Assembly (NCBI GenBank): GCA_951406725.2
Contig: OX597819.1
Coordinates: 76,136,001 to 76,200,000 of the forward strand
Direction: 5' to 3'
DNA: 64,000 nucleotides
DNA from: Octopus vulgaris
Lineage: Eukaryota
The notes under the pieces are model-generated. The model saw nothing but the letters and a program-made list of their open reading frames with translations. It was not told the origin of the DNA and did no database searches. Position 1 is the first letter of the stretch. Each line of letters starts with the position of its first letter. Below are positions 13,271 to 26,744 of the stretch, in pieces. The position numbers and the translations under genes were made by a program.

Positions 13271-14845
13271 GATATGAAATTTGGATTAGAAAAATGCGCC
13301 AAAGTAACCATGAAAAGAGGAAAACTAGTTAAGAGTAACAACATCACACTAGATAAAACCAATGAAATAAAAGAATTAGACCAAAGCCAAACTTACAAAT
13401 ACTTAGGAATCCATGAACTAGATAAGACACAACACACACAAATGAAAGAGAAAATAAAAAAAGAATATTATAGACGAGTTAGATCAATACTAAACACAGA
13501 GCTCAATGCTAAAAACAAGATAATAGGTATCAACACTTTAGCTGTCCCAGTTATAAGTTAAAGCTACAATATCCTTAACTGGACACGAAATGAACTGACC
13601 AAAATAGATAGGAAAACAAGGAAAATAACGACAGGATCTAGGATGCATCACCCAAAATCTGACATAGAAAGACTATATATACAACGTATAGAAGGTGGTA
13701 GAGGCCTTATACAGCTGGAAAACTACTATAAAATAACCACCATAGGGCTGTAAAAATATCTACTTCAGAAGGAAGGAAGGAAAACTGATCCAGATAGCAG
13801 CAAAACACGAGCAAAACAAAAAACTGTTCTCAGTATTTAAGGAAGCTGACAAATACAAACAAGAAATCATACCACCTAATAAACATGAAGAAGAAGAAGA
13901 AGATGAAGAAACAACAAAAGCTATAAAGCAAATGAAATCCAAACTAAAAATAGAACAGCAACGAACCATGATAAAACGATGGCAAGAAAAGCCCCTTCAT
14001 GGTAAATACTGAACTAAACTAAACGCAAAAGAAATAGACAAAGAAAAATCCCAGCAATGGTTGAGAAGCTCAGGACTCAAAGCAGAAACAGAGGGATTTT
14101 TAATTGCAGCACAAGACGAAAGCCTCCCCACCAGAAATTACCAAAAACATGTAATGAAAAGAAATATTACAAGTAACTGCAGAATATGTGGAGATGGACA
14201 AGAAACAATAAATCATATTATCTCTAGCTGCCCAGTCCTGGCTAAGAAGGAATATATTCACAGACATGACAGAGTTGGAACCTACATACATTGGAAGCTA
14301 TGCCAACATTATGAAATAACAACAGAAAAAAGATGGTATAGGCACACACCAGAAAAGGTCACAGAAAACGAGAAAGCAACCATACTCTGGGATATGCCGA
14401 TACACACAGATAGAGAAATTAAGGCCAACAGACCAGATATAGTTGTCAGAGATCACGAAGAAAAAAGAAAAATGCTTTCTAATTGATGTATCAATACCGG
14501 CTGATGACAACGTGTCTCTAAAAGAAATGGAGAAACTCTCAAAATACAAAGACCTGGAAATAGAGGTAACTAGAATGTGGAATCTGAAAACAGAAACAAT
14601 TCCTATCATAGTTGGTGCATTAGGCATGATAAAAAAATATTCAGACAAATACATAACAAAAACACCAGGACTTACAAACACATATAACATACAGAAAATT
14701 GCACTACTAGGCACTGCACACATCCTACGCAGAATACTTTCCATACAATAACCATCAGAGCATCACAACAAATCACAGCACATACCCAAGGCACACAGAG
14801 CTGCGCTCGGTAGTGAAGTGAAAGCACGCTAAAAAATAAAACTAT

Positions 14846-14847
<2 letters not shown>
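13268..14847 (+). mobile_element. 5'-truncated R4/Dong-clade non-LTR retrotransposon (RT end, CCHC, RLE endonuclease) in (TAA)n
   Basis: MKFGLEKCAK...YKYLG; CRICGDGQETINHIISSC zinc knuckle; RHD; NRPDIVV...LIDVSIP...EKLSKY PD-(D/E)xK motifs; few stops and frameshifts; (TAA)n on both flanks. Confidence 0.93.
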
Positions 14848-14903
<56 letters not shown>

Positions 14904-14945
14904 GAAGAAGAAGAAGAAGAAGAAGAAGACGAAGAAGAAGAAGAA

Positions 14946-15322
14946 AATATAAAGACCTACTCATTAAAATTGAGAAAATGTGGCATCTCAAGGCGGTTAC
15001 AATACCAGTGATCGTAGGAGCACTAGGAATGATCAAGAAGGGAACCGAAAATTATATGAGAATGATCCCTGGCTTACCATCCCTGCAAGAAGTGCAAAAG
15101 ATAGTCTTCACTGGTACATCACACGTATTGAGAAGAACATTGTCGATGTGAGAACTGTTGCTGCTCATGTATTTTAATTTAACTTAAAAAAAAAAAATGA
15201 ACGAACTATTGAGTTTGGTTTAATGGCCTACCAATGTATACTATGAGTTTCTTTGCCCTAGGAGTCGGGAAGACACTCGACAAGAAATGGAAGCAAATTT
15301 GAAAGAAGAAAAAAAAAAAAAA
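14946..15322 (+). mobile_element. Second Dong/R4 3' fragment, different subfamily
   Basis: Translates KYKDLLIKIEKMWHLKAVTIPVIVGALGMIKKG...VQKIVFTGTSHVLRRTLSM*, then a distinct 3' UTR and (TAA)n. Confidence 0.88.
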
Positions 15323-15356
15323 TAATAATAATAATAAATTAATAATGATGATGATG

Positions 15357-15414
<58 letters not shown>

Positions 15415-15494
15415 TAATAATAATAATAATAAAAGTAGCTGGTCCCGCTTGTAATATTTCTATTTATCGTAGATCTGTTTCGTCATAGACGTTC

Positions 15495-16620
15495 GACTTA
15501 GACTTAGGTACTCTCGCGTTTGCAACGCATGAAATAATCAAAGTAGTCCAGCAGGATCGATCAGCAAGCCGCCCTCAATGCATCATTCTATCATAGATTT
15601 AGCGTCTGAAGATCCTTGTTGATCGTCTGGTGCCATTTCCTCTTGAAACGTCTCCATTGCTCCTGTGGACTCCATTTAAGGACTTGTTTGACGACTCTGT
15701 TCATCAAGAGTCTTAGAACATGTCCTAATTAACCCAGTTGGTGCTTGTAGATAGTATTGGACACTGGACACTAGTCATCTCATCTTTTGATCTCTTTGTT
15801 GCTGATAGAGTCGTTTCGTTTGATGTTGAGAGGCATCTGCTATTCAAAGCGTCCAGTTTATTTTTTTGGCTGATTTTCAGGTGCCATGTATAAGGGTGGA
15901 AAACACATTCATGTTGTAGAACCACATTTTGTTGCTAGGGACAGCGTTTACGCTCTTTCAGATTTTATTAAATATATTGTATGTGGCGGATTCCTTTCCT
16001 ATTCGGCAAGTAATTTTTTTCATGGCCCCCTTGCAGCTACTGAAGGTCCTAAGATAGGTGAAGATCTCTCTACTACATCTGTTTCCTTCTGACGATGGAA
16101 TGTTTATATTATCAACATGTTTGAGGTTTCCTTGGCGCGGATGCTAAGGCCCCTACTTACTGATGGAATGCTAAATTCGCTGACCAGTATCTGGAGTTAT
16201 GTATGCGAAGAAGATCTGCGATAACAAGAATTACCATCGGACGCCCGTTGTGATTCCAAAATAGTGACTATCCAACTTCTGATGTTATGCAGCACTTTGA
16301 ATTCGCGTAGATTTGCTCAATGGATGTAATGATCTTGGCATGTATACCATACGCTCATATGATATCCTCAAACGAAGGTTAGTGTAAGCTGTTAAAATGC
16401 GCAAAATAGCTGTTGTACATAGAGCTCTGGTCTTCCGTGCTTTGGCTTCCCCAGGGAGGCTTTTACCAGCGCCCTTCATAATGTCTCCAGAAGGAGACGA
16501 CTGTTGTCCTGAGTAGCTGAGATGCTTTTGCATTTTGAACTGTTTGCGTAGCTTGAGGTTTTTCGTGGACAAGGAGCTACCCTGAAGTCTAACCATTTGC
16601 ATTTAGGAAAGAAGGTGTCT
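15495..16620 (-). mobile_element. Degenerate RTE-clade LINE
   Basis: Minus-strand relics DSHYFGITTGVR (RT), TWHLKISQKNKLDALNSRCL and a W..P..GRP..KW-like 3' end; many stops. Confidence 0.65.
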
Positions 16621-17253
16621 CTGTTGTCTAGTAGCTGAGGTCCACGAAATATAGAGGTGGTTGCCTTTAGTCACGGACACCTGGTCGTTAGTTTTCTTGA
16701 GTCGCCCCCAGTTTGACCGTTGATCGTTGGCGCAGCCCTCCGCTCGCCTAGCTGTTCAGTATTACACCTCACTTGTGTGCATTGAACCTCCATCTGAAGC
16801 GTTGTACCGCGGTGTAATACTTGGAACAAGCACATGAGAGATTAAGAGATGAGTGACTGCAAGTAATGCCCATCCATCCTACAAAGAGCAGTGTACTATA
16901 TACTAAAGATACTATCTCTACCAAGAGCCCCCTACAACAACAAGAATATGTATTATATTTTAGTTAATTTTAGCTGTCGTACTGAAATGATATAATTTTG
17001 CACACTGTATATAATGAGAAAGGTCTTTCTAAGCAAAATTATGAATGAAAAATAAACTCAGCAAACTGAACGGAATAATAAAGAAAAGAATTATCCAATG
17101 AAATGAATCAAACAATTAGGAAATATAAGGTTCGGTTTCTTTTAGGAAATTATATTTCATAAGAACAGAAATGATCATATCAATAGAAACGTAAATGTCA
17201 AAATCGCTATTAGTGACCAATTATCAACGGATAATTATAACAGAAATAGCCTC

Positions 17254-17306
17254 AACAACAAACAACAACGAGAATGACAACAGCAACAACAACAACAACA
17301 ACAACA

Positions 17307-17355
<49 letters not shown>

Positions 17356-17370
17356 TTACTACAACAACAA
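17254..17370. repeat. Compound (AAC)n(TAC)n microsatellite
   Basis: Directly visible; source of the poly-N/Y/T ORFs. Confidence 0.95.
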
Positions 17371-17771
17371 AAGAAGCACTAATAAGATTACATTTTAGAC
17401 AGATAATATACTCGACACAGAAATATCAACGGATTAATTTAAATGTTAGGATGAGATTTTCTTAGGCTATAATTGAAACTAACAAGGGACTTATTAACGT
17501 ATCCATTCGATCAGTTATACATAGCAGCTAAAATTATTGTAAATAAAAAGATACACGTTGGATTACAGAGTGGCTAATATACAAAAAGCAGTCTGGTCAC
17601 GGCTAGAATATATTTGTTCATTGGTCTTTTCAGTTTAGAGAGACTTTTACTTAAAAGAACTTTACTAAAAAGTGGCCTTCAATCCAGCCCTTATTGAGCA
17701 GAAATATACCTAAACATTTCAACCGTGAGCATGAATACTTCACAGAAATATCAAAGGCTTAATTTGAATAC

Positions 17772-18955
17772 TACAAGATTGGACTAAAAAGATCATAAGC
17801 TTAATATGAAGAAATAATGCGAGAGTCGTGAAATTTTGCATCCATTAGTTAGTTTCAAATCTTCTTATTAATTAATAACTACATTGTTTCTTTCCATGTA
17901 AATTGACATCTGGCAGTTGAAAGAAAAGTTTAAATAAATCTAGTAACGATTTCTATTGAAAATGGACAAAACTTTGCCTCGTGCCTGCAGAAAAAAGGTT
18001 TAGCTCCCAATGATATTCATGCTTTCATGCTTGTTGCATTAGAGGATGACGCTCCAAATGTATCAACAGGGCAAAAGCGGGCAGCTGAATTTCGAAGGGG
18101 AAGAAAGAGCCTTGAAGATGATCCAAGACCGGACGTCCTGCAACAGCCATCATTGATCGTGTTCACCACAGGGTGATGCATGACAGGGGATTGATTATAG
18201 GTCAAATTGTCAATACTATTAGTATATCCCTTGAGAGTATTGACAATATTCTACACAATGAGCTTGGTATGACGAAGTTTTCTGACTGGTGACCGTCACG
18301 TCTTCTGACACCAGATCAAAAATGCATCAGGCTTATCACATCACGGGAAAATTTGACATTGCTTGAGAAAGACCCTGCTGGTTTCTTTTGAACGATTCCT
18401 AATTCAGGATGACTGTTGTCTTCATCATTTTGAGTTAGAGATAAATAGACAATTCATGCAGTAGAAATACCCCTCCTCATCTGTTCTAAGGTCTAAAGAA
18501 AGCCAATGTCGTTTCATCGGTAGGGACGGTGCTGGAATCAATCTTTGAGGGATGCAATTGTTTTTATTGACACTTTTCAAAGGGGCCCCGACATCAATGG
18601 AGAGTACTATGCCAACTTGCTGAGGCAGTTATGAAAGGCTATCAGGAAAACTTAACGGAAGGGGACAATACTCCATCACGAAGTCCTTGTTTTCAATCTC
18701 TACTATGCGTGATTGTGGCTTTGAGCTGGGTTATCACCTGATTTGGTCCCACCTGGCTATCAACTATTCCCCAACATGAAGATACACTTGATGACGTCAT
18801 ATCCACTGTTGATGAAAACTTCTTCACAAATGAGATCCAAGCACTGTAACACCGATGAAAGAAGTGTGTGGACCGCAAGGAGGAATAAACCTCTTTTGGT
18901 CATATTCCAAGCAAATATCTTCGTTAGCCTATGAGGTTTTCAGCCGACCTTCGTA
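17772..18955 (+). mobile_element. Near full-length degenerate mariner transposon
   Basis: Imperfect TIRs tacaagattggactaaaaagatcataagct / agcctatgaggttttcagccgaccttcgta; relic transposase LQKKGLAPNDIHA...AEFRRGRKSLEDDPRPGRPATA, TINGEYYANLLRQL. Confidence 0.88.
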
Positions 18956-20246
18956 AGATAAAATCTTCTGAAGATCTAATTAAAACGAACGACGGAGTTA
19001 TTTACGCAAATGTTTGATCAGTTAGACAGCAAATGAAGCAAGCAAGAGATCTTAGTCATCCACTGCATCCATCTCTATCTCCAGTTTCTTGAATTGCGTA
19101 AAGACGTCTTGCCACCGTATTAAAGATAGTCACGAACGGGTGAGTAAGGGTGCACAACTTCTTTTCATTTCAAAGTCTTCAATCATCTCCAGGGTGACTA
19201 GTTTGTCGTGGTTGCCCTGACATAAAAGACACTAGCATAATGGCATTTAAAAGTTTCTGTCATTTTCAATAATGAAATACGTATTGGACAACACAGAACG
19301 TATACAAAACGAAAAGAATGATGATGGGTGGAACTCATTTAATCATTAGTCTCATCATTCAGAGCTGATCTGGGTTACACAGCTATCTCATTTGTTTCAA
19401 TATTTGCCTCATGTCGGCCCTTTTGGAACAAACATATGATGAAAAACTTTCCACTTGTAATCATCCAAATTTTGTATATGTAGAACTACAATGTGTGAAC
19501 TGTCCTTCTCTTTTCAGGATGGCAGTGTGTGAGATGGGGGTAACTGCTTGATATTTCTAGCAAATCGACTGGATACTTAGAAGTTCTCTCTCAGGGCTGC
19601 AATTATCACTTAGGAGATTTCAAGATAATTGATCATCTGCTTTTTCGGTAGAAGCTTCTCTAATGCATGGATTTTATAATACCATAAAGGTAGGCATATA
19701 TATTATTTACAATTGCCTGAAGTTTATTCACAAAAGTGCGAACTGAATTACAAATGAATATACTTTAAATGAGTTTTCACTGACAGCCCTACAGTGTTAT
19801 CAAGTTGTGTATTACTATACTCTCTTTCTCGAAAGAGTCACAACATTAGCTTATTTCGCTCTTCGCGTCAAATCAGCTAATCTCCTATGCGAACTGTCTT
19901 ATGTGTATAACTAATACGAGCCCTAACATACGCATAATATCATATATTTTGATAGTTTGTTGGGAGAAGGCTATGGTTGTTTATATCAAGACAAAATATT
20001 TGACTGATACTTATATTATCGGCCTCAGGAAGGTTACGGGATAATGTCGACTTCAGAATTACACGATATCAGAATATAAATGGTCGCAAGCAAATATTTC
20101 AAGGTATTCGATGCATTGCTTGTACGACATCTACTAATTCACATGGCTTATATTATTTATATTTTAGATAAATACCACCGGATTAGGACGTGCTAGAGAT
20201 GACAGGAACATTTGGAAAATGGCTTTTGCGGCAGATTTTATGTATG

Positions 20247-20277
<31 letters not shown>

Positions 20278-20316
20278 GAAAGTATGTATGTGTGTGTATA
20301 TATGTATGTACACAAA

Positions 20317-20344
<28 letters not shown>

Positions 20345-20352
<8 letters not shown>

Positions 20353-20535
20353 TATATTAAATTAGAGATAAAACCACTATTAAGCAAATCAAACAGTGAA
20401 AATCATAAGCCAATACATAGAAATAAAATTAATTAAAAAAATATAAAATATAAATATAAATATTAAATTGAAGTTAAAATTAAAAAAAATATTTAAATAA
20501 TTTAAACTTATAAGTTTTAAATATATATATATGTA

Positions 20536-20572
<37 letters not shown>

Positions 20573-21942
20573 TTATTTTATTTAAATTTTTATTTTTTTT
20601 TGTAAATTATATAACTATCAAAAAGTATTAAAAGTTTAATATAAGATAAATAGTAAAAATACTACGATCGTTTCATGCCCGTAATGTAACCAATTCGAAT
20701 AACAATAATAATTTGAATTATGGTTACAATCTTCAGGTTAATTGTAATATCTTAATAAGTAATCAGAAATATTTAAACAATATTTTTAAGAAATAAATAA
20801 TATAATTTTACTTATAAAAAACTCTATTATCAAACTAGAAACTTAACGATTATGATTATATCAAAACATCAATTATAATGTTAAATATTAATTTTAATTT
20901 TTAAGTTTTAAGTATTAATTTTTAAGGTAAGAAACCCACCAATAATCTAATATCAGTTATAGTAAATATCTAATTACATAAATATTTTACAAAAAAACTA
21001 TTATATTATTAAAAATATAAAATTTAAATAATATATAAATTATCAATGAAAATATATATATGTATATAAATATTATAATAAAGATCTAAAATAATCTCTA
21101 TAAATAAATATATATGCACATGTAATAAATACCTAATAAATTAATTTTTCATATTTAACGATGAATTAGCTAATTACAAAAATGCAAACAAACAATCTTA
21201 AACGAACGCAATAGCAAATTAACTATCTTTATATCTCGTTGGCTAAATAATAACTTTCAGAAATCTCTTATTTAAAATACTTAAAGAAATAATCAATTCG
21301 TAGTTATATAGTATCCAATAAAATACTATAAATATATAATACTATAAATATATTTATCAATGGGAATAATAAATCTAGCAAGTATCAATTTAAAAAGATA
21401 ATAGATAAGTTAAAATAATAATTATAAGAAATTTAAAACTACAATTAATGCTATTTGTACATGTATATACATAAAACTAACTTTAACAACTCGTATACTT
21501 GCTATCAAACAACATATCTATCGCTAAGCAAATTCTTACGAATAAATTTAAAGTTAATATCTAATAATTATATAGAAAATTACGATAATTAGATCATTAC
21601 ATAAACAACGATATTTACATAAAAAACAATATTATTACACCATAAGAATTATAAAATATTAAAATTTAAAGATCTTAAATATAAATATATACTTAGCTTA
21701 GCGGGGTTTTGTGATGTACTTACTTCTGATTACTTATTAAAATATTACAATTAACCTGAAGATTGACTGTAACCATAATTCAAATTATTATTGTTATTCG
21801 AATTGGTTACGGGCATGAAACGATCGTAGTGTTTTTACTCTTTATCTTATATTAAACTTTTAATACTTTTTGATAGTTATATAATTTACAAAAAAAAATA
21901 CATAAAAATAAATAAAATAAAATAAAATAATAATAATAATAA

Positions 21943-21981
<39 letters not shown>

Positions 21982-22219
21982 TAAACTTATAAGTTTAAAT
22001 TATTTAAATAATTTTTTAAATTTTAACTTTAATTTAATATTTATATTTATATTCTATATTTTTTTAATTAATTTTATTTCTATGTATTGGTTTATGATTT
22101 TCACTGTTTGATTTGCCTAATAGTGGTTTTATCTCTAATTTAATATAATATATATTTATACTATAAAATTAGATTTAATCCTAAATCTGATTTTTCCCTG
22201 TAAGTTTGGATTTACTCCC

Positions 22220-22225
<6 letters not shown>
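20345..22225. mobile_element. PLE-derived element with ~420-bp inverted terminal arms, each with a hammerhead-like motif, around an extremely AT-rich spacer
   Basis: 20345-20770 is the reverse complement of ~21724-22152; CTGAAGA...GAAAC-gatc-GTA at 21756-21828(+) and ~20663-20735(-); (TA)n flanks; terminus fragment also at ~41845-41885. Confidence 0.8.
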
Positions 22226-22251
<26 letters not shown>

Positions 22252-22342
22252 CATACATACATACATAGAAACATACGTGCATACATACATATAGATATAC
22301 AAACGCACACACACACACACACACACACCAATATATATATAT

Positions 22343-22930
22343 TCGCTGGTCTACCTTTCTTTGTAGTAGCTCACCTCTCACTTGCGCATAGGAGTGCAGA
22401 TAGGGTGGTGCTATTGAAGAGATTGCGGGGTCTTGTAGAACTCTGCGGTGCACACATTCTTAATCGATTCAAACCTCTTCGACCCTGCCTTTGTTCAGTG
22501 CGAGATTTCAGCGCTTATACATTTATCTGTCCCAACACCTTTACTTCTGAAATTGCATCGCTTCTCACTGCTACTTGGCCATGTGGTACACTTTCAGACG
22601 ACTGCATGTATGTTGTTTTTATGCTGTGTATTTTGATGCTGTCTTCTAGGAATGTCATTGTAGGAGTATATCCAAAACCGAGATAATTCGAGAATGGAGT
22701 GGAGTGAATAATGTAATCGCACAATACTGAAAGATCAATTTCTCCTGGGCCGGATATAGCGCAAAACTGATAGACAGCAGGTGGATACGTACAGTTATTG
22801 ATAATATCCAAGAAATCGGAGGAGGCCACCAAGTCAATGGGAAGAGGAGAGAATCAAACAATTCGACGCCTAAATGAAAGACACGGACACAATCAAAGGA
22901 AGAATGGAAGCACATAATGACCAATAATTT
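22343..22930. mobile_element. RTE LINE fragment with 5' inversion (minus 22343-22642, plus ~22648-22930)
   Basis: Minus: IKIHSIKTTYMQS...VLGQINV...LFNSTTLSALLCASE; plus: GMSL..EIIREWSGV...FSWAGYSAKLIDSRWIRTV; these are consecutive RTE ORF segments. Confidence 0.75.
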
Positions 22931-24749
22931 ATAAGTATATCCGATAGTCTGGTCGATAATAATACACGATACGAACAACCCCATGAGTTCTTATAGAGTA
23001 ATTGGTATAAGACCTCATCTTGAAACTTTTAAACTCTATTACGAAGTAACATCACATCCAACAAACTAACGCAGTCACTATCAAAATATTTCATTTATGT
23101 TTTTATTTAATTATTTACTTCTCTATTGCTTTCTTCGTTTAATCATTCAAGGCCCGTTCGGAATGGATACTGTGAAAACAAAACACAATCAAATCCATAG
23201 ACGAAACCATTAGTGTACCAATCTCTAATAATAAAACTGATATCAATTGAAAAACGAGATACTTTCTGTCTTATTGTCTGGCACGCATCTATCTTCTTCA
23301 CGTCACCTAGACAATCGTTAAGACATTTTCTAGCTAGAGATTTATGGTTGCATTTCATTCTTTGATCAAAGGATTATAGCATTTACGTGATCAGAACATG
23401 ATATTAGATGAAGATCTAATTTGGTATATTTGCGTTGCGTGGGTGTTGAGCTTAAAAGTGACAGTAACCAATCGGATAAGTGGATGGCCAGTATCGACAA
23501 AAGGTCATAAGTTCGAATTTCTCATTCACTGGCATTAACTAGAAATTTATTCTTCCTCTATCATCAGGAAATAAATATGAACTACTCTAGTTTACTCAAA
23601 TCAAGACGTTGTCGTCTCGGAGAATTAACACAAATATGAATAATCCAGTCTTAAATAATCCATAGATGGATGGGGAAATTATCTTTGTTACGCTTTACAT
23701 CCATATGTCTACTTTGATAGGGTTGACTTCAAGTTAAACAACAATAACTATAAACTGCTTACAAAAGGGAGAATTGAGTTAATTTCATATGATAATGGGT
23801 GCTGCTTCTCTTTAACCTCGTAATTGTTTCATGGACCAAAGAATTTACATGCCTGAAATGAAACCCAGGGGAAATTCGCATAGGTTTAACCCGATGCCAC
23901 TGATATAAGATTAAAAATTAAGTTGTTATTCCACTTTTACATAATCTCAGAAAAGGCACTCCACATGAATAGGTAATTGTTCACTAGTCAATATTATAGC
24001 TCGAAATAAATAGTGATAGGGAAAATCAATTAATCGATTAATTCTCGGCAGTATAGTGCAGTACAGTGTAAAATACTTGTACGGCATGCCCATCATCCTT
24101 TAACATCGTATATTAGGTCTATTTTTTCTTCTTGCAATATTGGTTTCAAATTTTATCGAACTCGAAAGAATGATTGCAAAGTCGACCTCGGCAGAATTTT
24201 AACTCAGAACTTAAAACTGGGTGACATGCCGCAAAGCACGTTGCCTGGTGTGCTAACGATTCTACCGGTTAGACGCTTTGTATTTTTGTAATATCAAACT
24301 ATATTTGCCAGTTTAGCATTGGGGTCGATGTAATCGACTAAGCCACTTCTCCGAAGTTGCTGACAATGACACTAAGCCAAAATTTGAAACCAGTGTTAAA
24401 ATATGTTGCTAAAACGTTCGTGTATTGCGATTTAATACGTGTGTTCAAAGTGTTGTAATCTAATAAATCATAAGGATTCCACAAACATGCATTTGCTATT
24501 ATTGTTTTGTCTCAGATCAACCTTGATCAAGCGAATATTTGACCAGTGATGTTTTCCCTTTTGACAATTCCATTTTTTTCAGTAACAAAGTCTACACTTC
24601 TCAATTTATTCTTCCTATTTGTAAGACGGTTATATTGGATTTGAGGGATATTTACTAGTTCTATTTCGAAGATAGATGGACTGGATACGTATTTTCTCAT
24701 TGACCAAATTGTAGTGTACTATATGCAATTAAAACTTCATAAATCATTG

Positions 24750-24929
24750 TTTATTAGATTACAACACTTTGAACACACGTATTAAATTGTAACACACAAC
24801 CGTTTTAGCAACATATTTTAACACTGGTTTCAAATTTTGGCTTAGTGTCACTGTCAGCAACTTCGGAGATTATGTAAAAGTGGAATAATAAGTTGATTTT
24901 TAATCTTATATCAGTGGTATCGGGTTAAA
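24750..24929. repeat. Inverted composite duplication of 24348-24467 and 23885-23948
   Basis: Direct reverse-complement matches to both source segments, joined at a GAGA microhomology (24866-24869). Confidence 0.85.
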
Positions 24930-26744
24930 AATCAGCGTAAACGGGAAACGCTCAAATAGTTTGTATTTTCATTTATCTGTTGAAGACAAAATTATTTGGA
25001 GGCGAATATTCTTGTCTGAGTGATCCTTAGGTCTCAGAATTATAAATTAGTAAAACACTGGTTTGTGATATTTAATTACTTAATCTGTTCTATCTGTAAC
25101 TAATTTACAGTAAAGTGGAGTTAATCGGAGAAAATTAAATTCATTGCTCCGACTACTATAGAAATTTGGTCAAAGACATGATCCTCATACTCATTTCAAA
25201 AGTCTATACAGATTATCGATTTAATCACAGAGAGTCAGGAGCATTTGACATCAAAGAAGACTTGGCTTTGTAGAGAAGAGCCAACACGTCTTCTCATTAC
25301 CATATTCTAACTTATCCTTTGAATTCAAATTTCTGCGAGCCATTTCAAATACTTGCAAGTCTGTTCTGTTTAACCAAAGCTATGGTTAAACATTTTTCAA
25401 AAGTGACTATCCTGTTCTTTTCCCAAGAGAGAGTACAATAAGAAAAGGACCATGTTTTTTCTGTTTCGATCTTTTTCGGAAAAGAATTTAGGGATTTTTT
25501 TTTGTTTCAATTTCTAACAAGTTGATCAAGGAATTTTCTTCATTGAATTGTGAAAATATTCATTATATGGATGTAAAGAAAAATCAGTGTAATCTGCCAT
25601 AGCACTGCTAATTTCACCTCCGATTTATGGATAAGTATCTGGTCAGCCTTCATAGAGAGGATATGTGATAAAAGTCCACCATCTGTGGTCATAACGATTT
25701 TTTTTTTGTTTTTATTAGAACCTACAACCACCGAGGATTCATTTTCTATTTGAGACAGCAGGGGTGATCTCAGAAATAGCTGACATCCTTTTTCTTGTAG
25801 GTTTATTTACTGCGTTATACTTTCGCACTTACTTTGTGGTACTAAGATTATTTGTGGTGGCTTATTCGTTTATTCCTTTAAAATTTTTAATCATGTTACA
25901 TTCCTTTAAGATTTTTTTTAACATGAAGCATCATGTTTTCCTCATTTTTTGTTTCAAAGTGTTATGACTAAATATTTACAATTTGAAAATAAAGATGGAA
26001 AGTAATACTCTGGCAGGTAAGTGGAGATCGAATATTGCAGAAATGACAACATGGTTTGAGTGCTGTGTAAACGCGTTTAGATTTTGGCAAAGCATGTCGG
26101 CGATGCAGTTACAAATCCGACTGAAACTCTTTCATTTCTTTGGGTTTTTTTTATACTTTCGTGCGAAATGAGACGAAATAAAAAACAAAAATCTGAACAG
26201 GAATAATTTTCACAGGGACGACTTGACCTTAGTGCATGGAATGAAAAATAAACGTCTGCCCAACAACGTTTTAACATCTTCAGCGATGTTACTTAGTCTT
26301 CGGATTCGCGACACTTAAATTTACAACAATTATACTCTTCGATAAGACATCGCTATATTCTTTCTTTCTTTCTTGAAATCTTTTGTTTAAAATTTCTATG
26401 CAGATTTTCAACGTAAAACTCGAACATTCTTTAAAAAACTACACGTGATATTTTCCCCATTTTCAGAAGTACTACTATCGAAAGGTAGGTTCACTGACTT
26501 TCAGGTTGAAATTAAGTCGTGGTTCACGTCATGCTAAATTCGTACGACCCCAGTACTCAACTGGTACTTATTTTATCTATGCCATTTATGTTCATGCCGA
26601 TTAAATCAAATACAGTACTTAACAGTTTTTCTATTTCATCAACCCCACAAGGACGAACGGGAAAGTCGTCCATGAGGGAGATTTGAACTAAATATCGCAA
26701 ATAATTTACCAATTTTGTCAATCGGTTATCTTTAGCAGGGCGAC

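Noticed and set aside
20770-21720. Possible mitochondrial insertion because of extreme AT content
   Set aside because: No recognisable mitochondrial gene, tRNA or rRNA motifs, and it is bounded by PLE-like inverted arms.
23151-23240. Possible exon after a pyrimidine-rich tract (cattcaag|gcccgttc)
   Set aside because: All frames hit stops within about 60 nt and there is no recognisable protein similarity.
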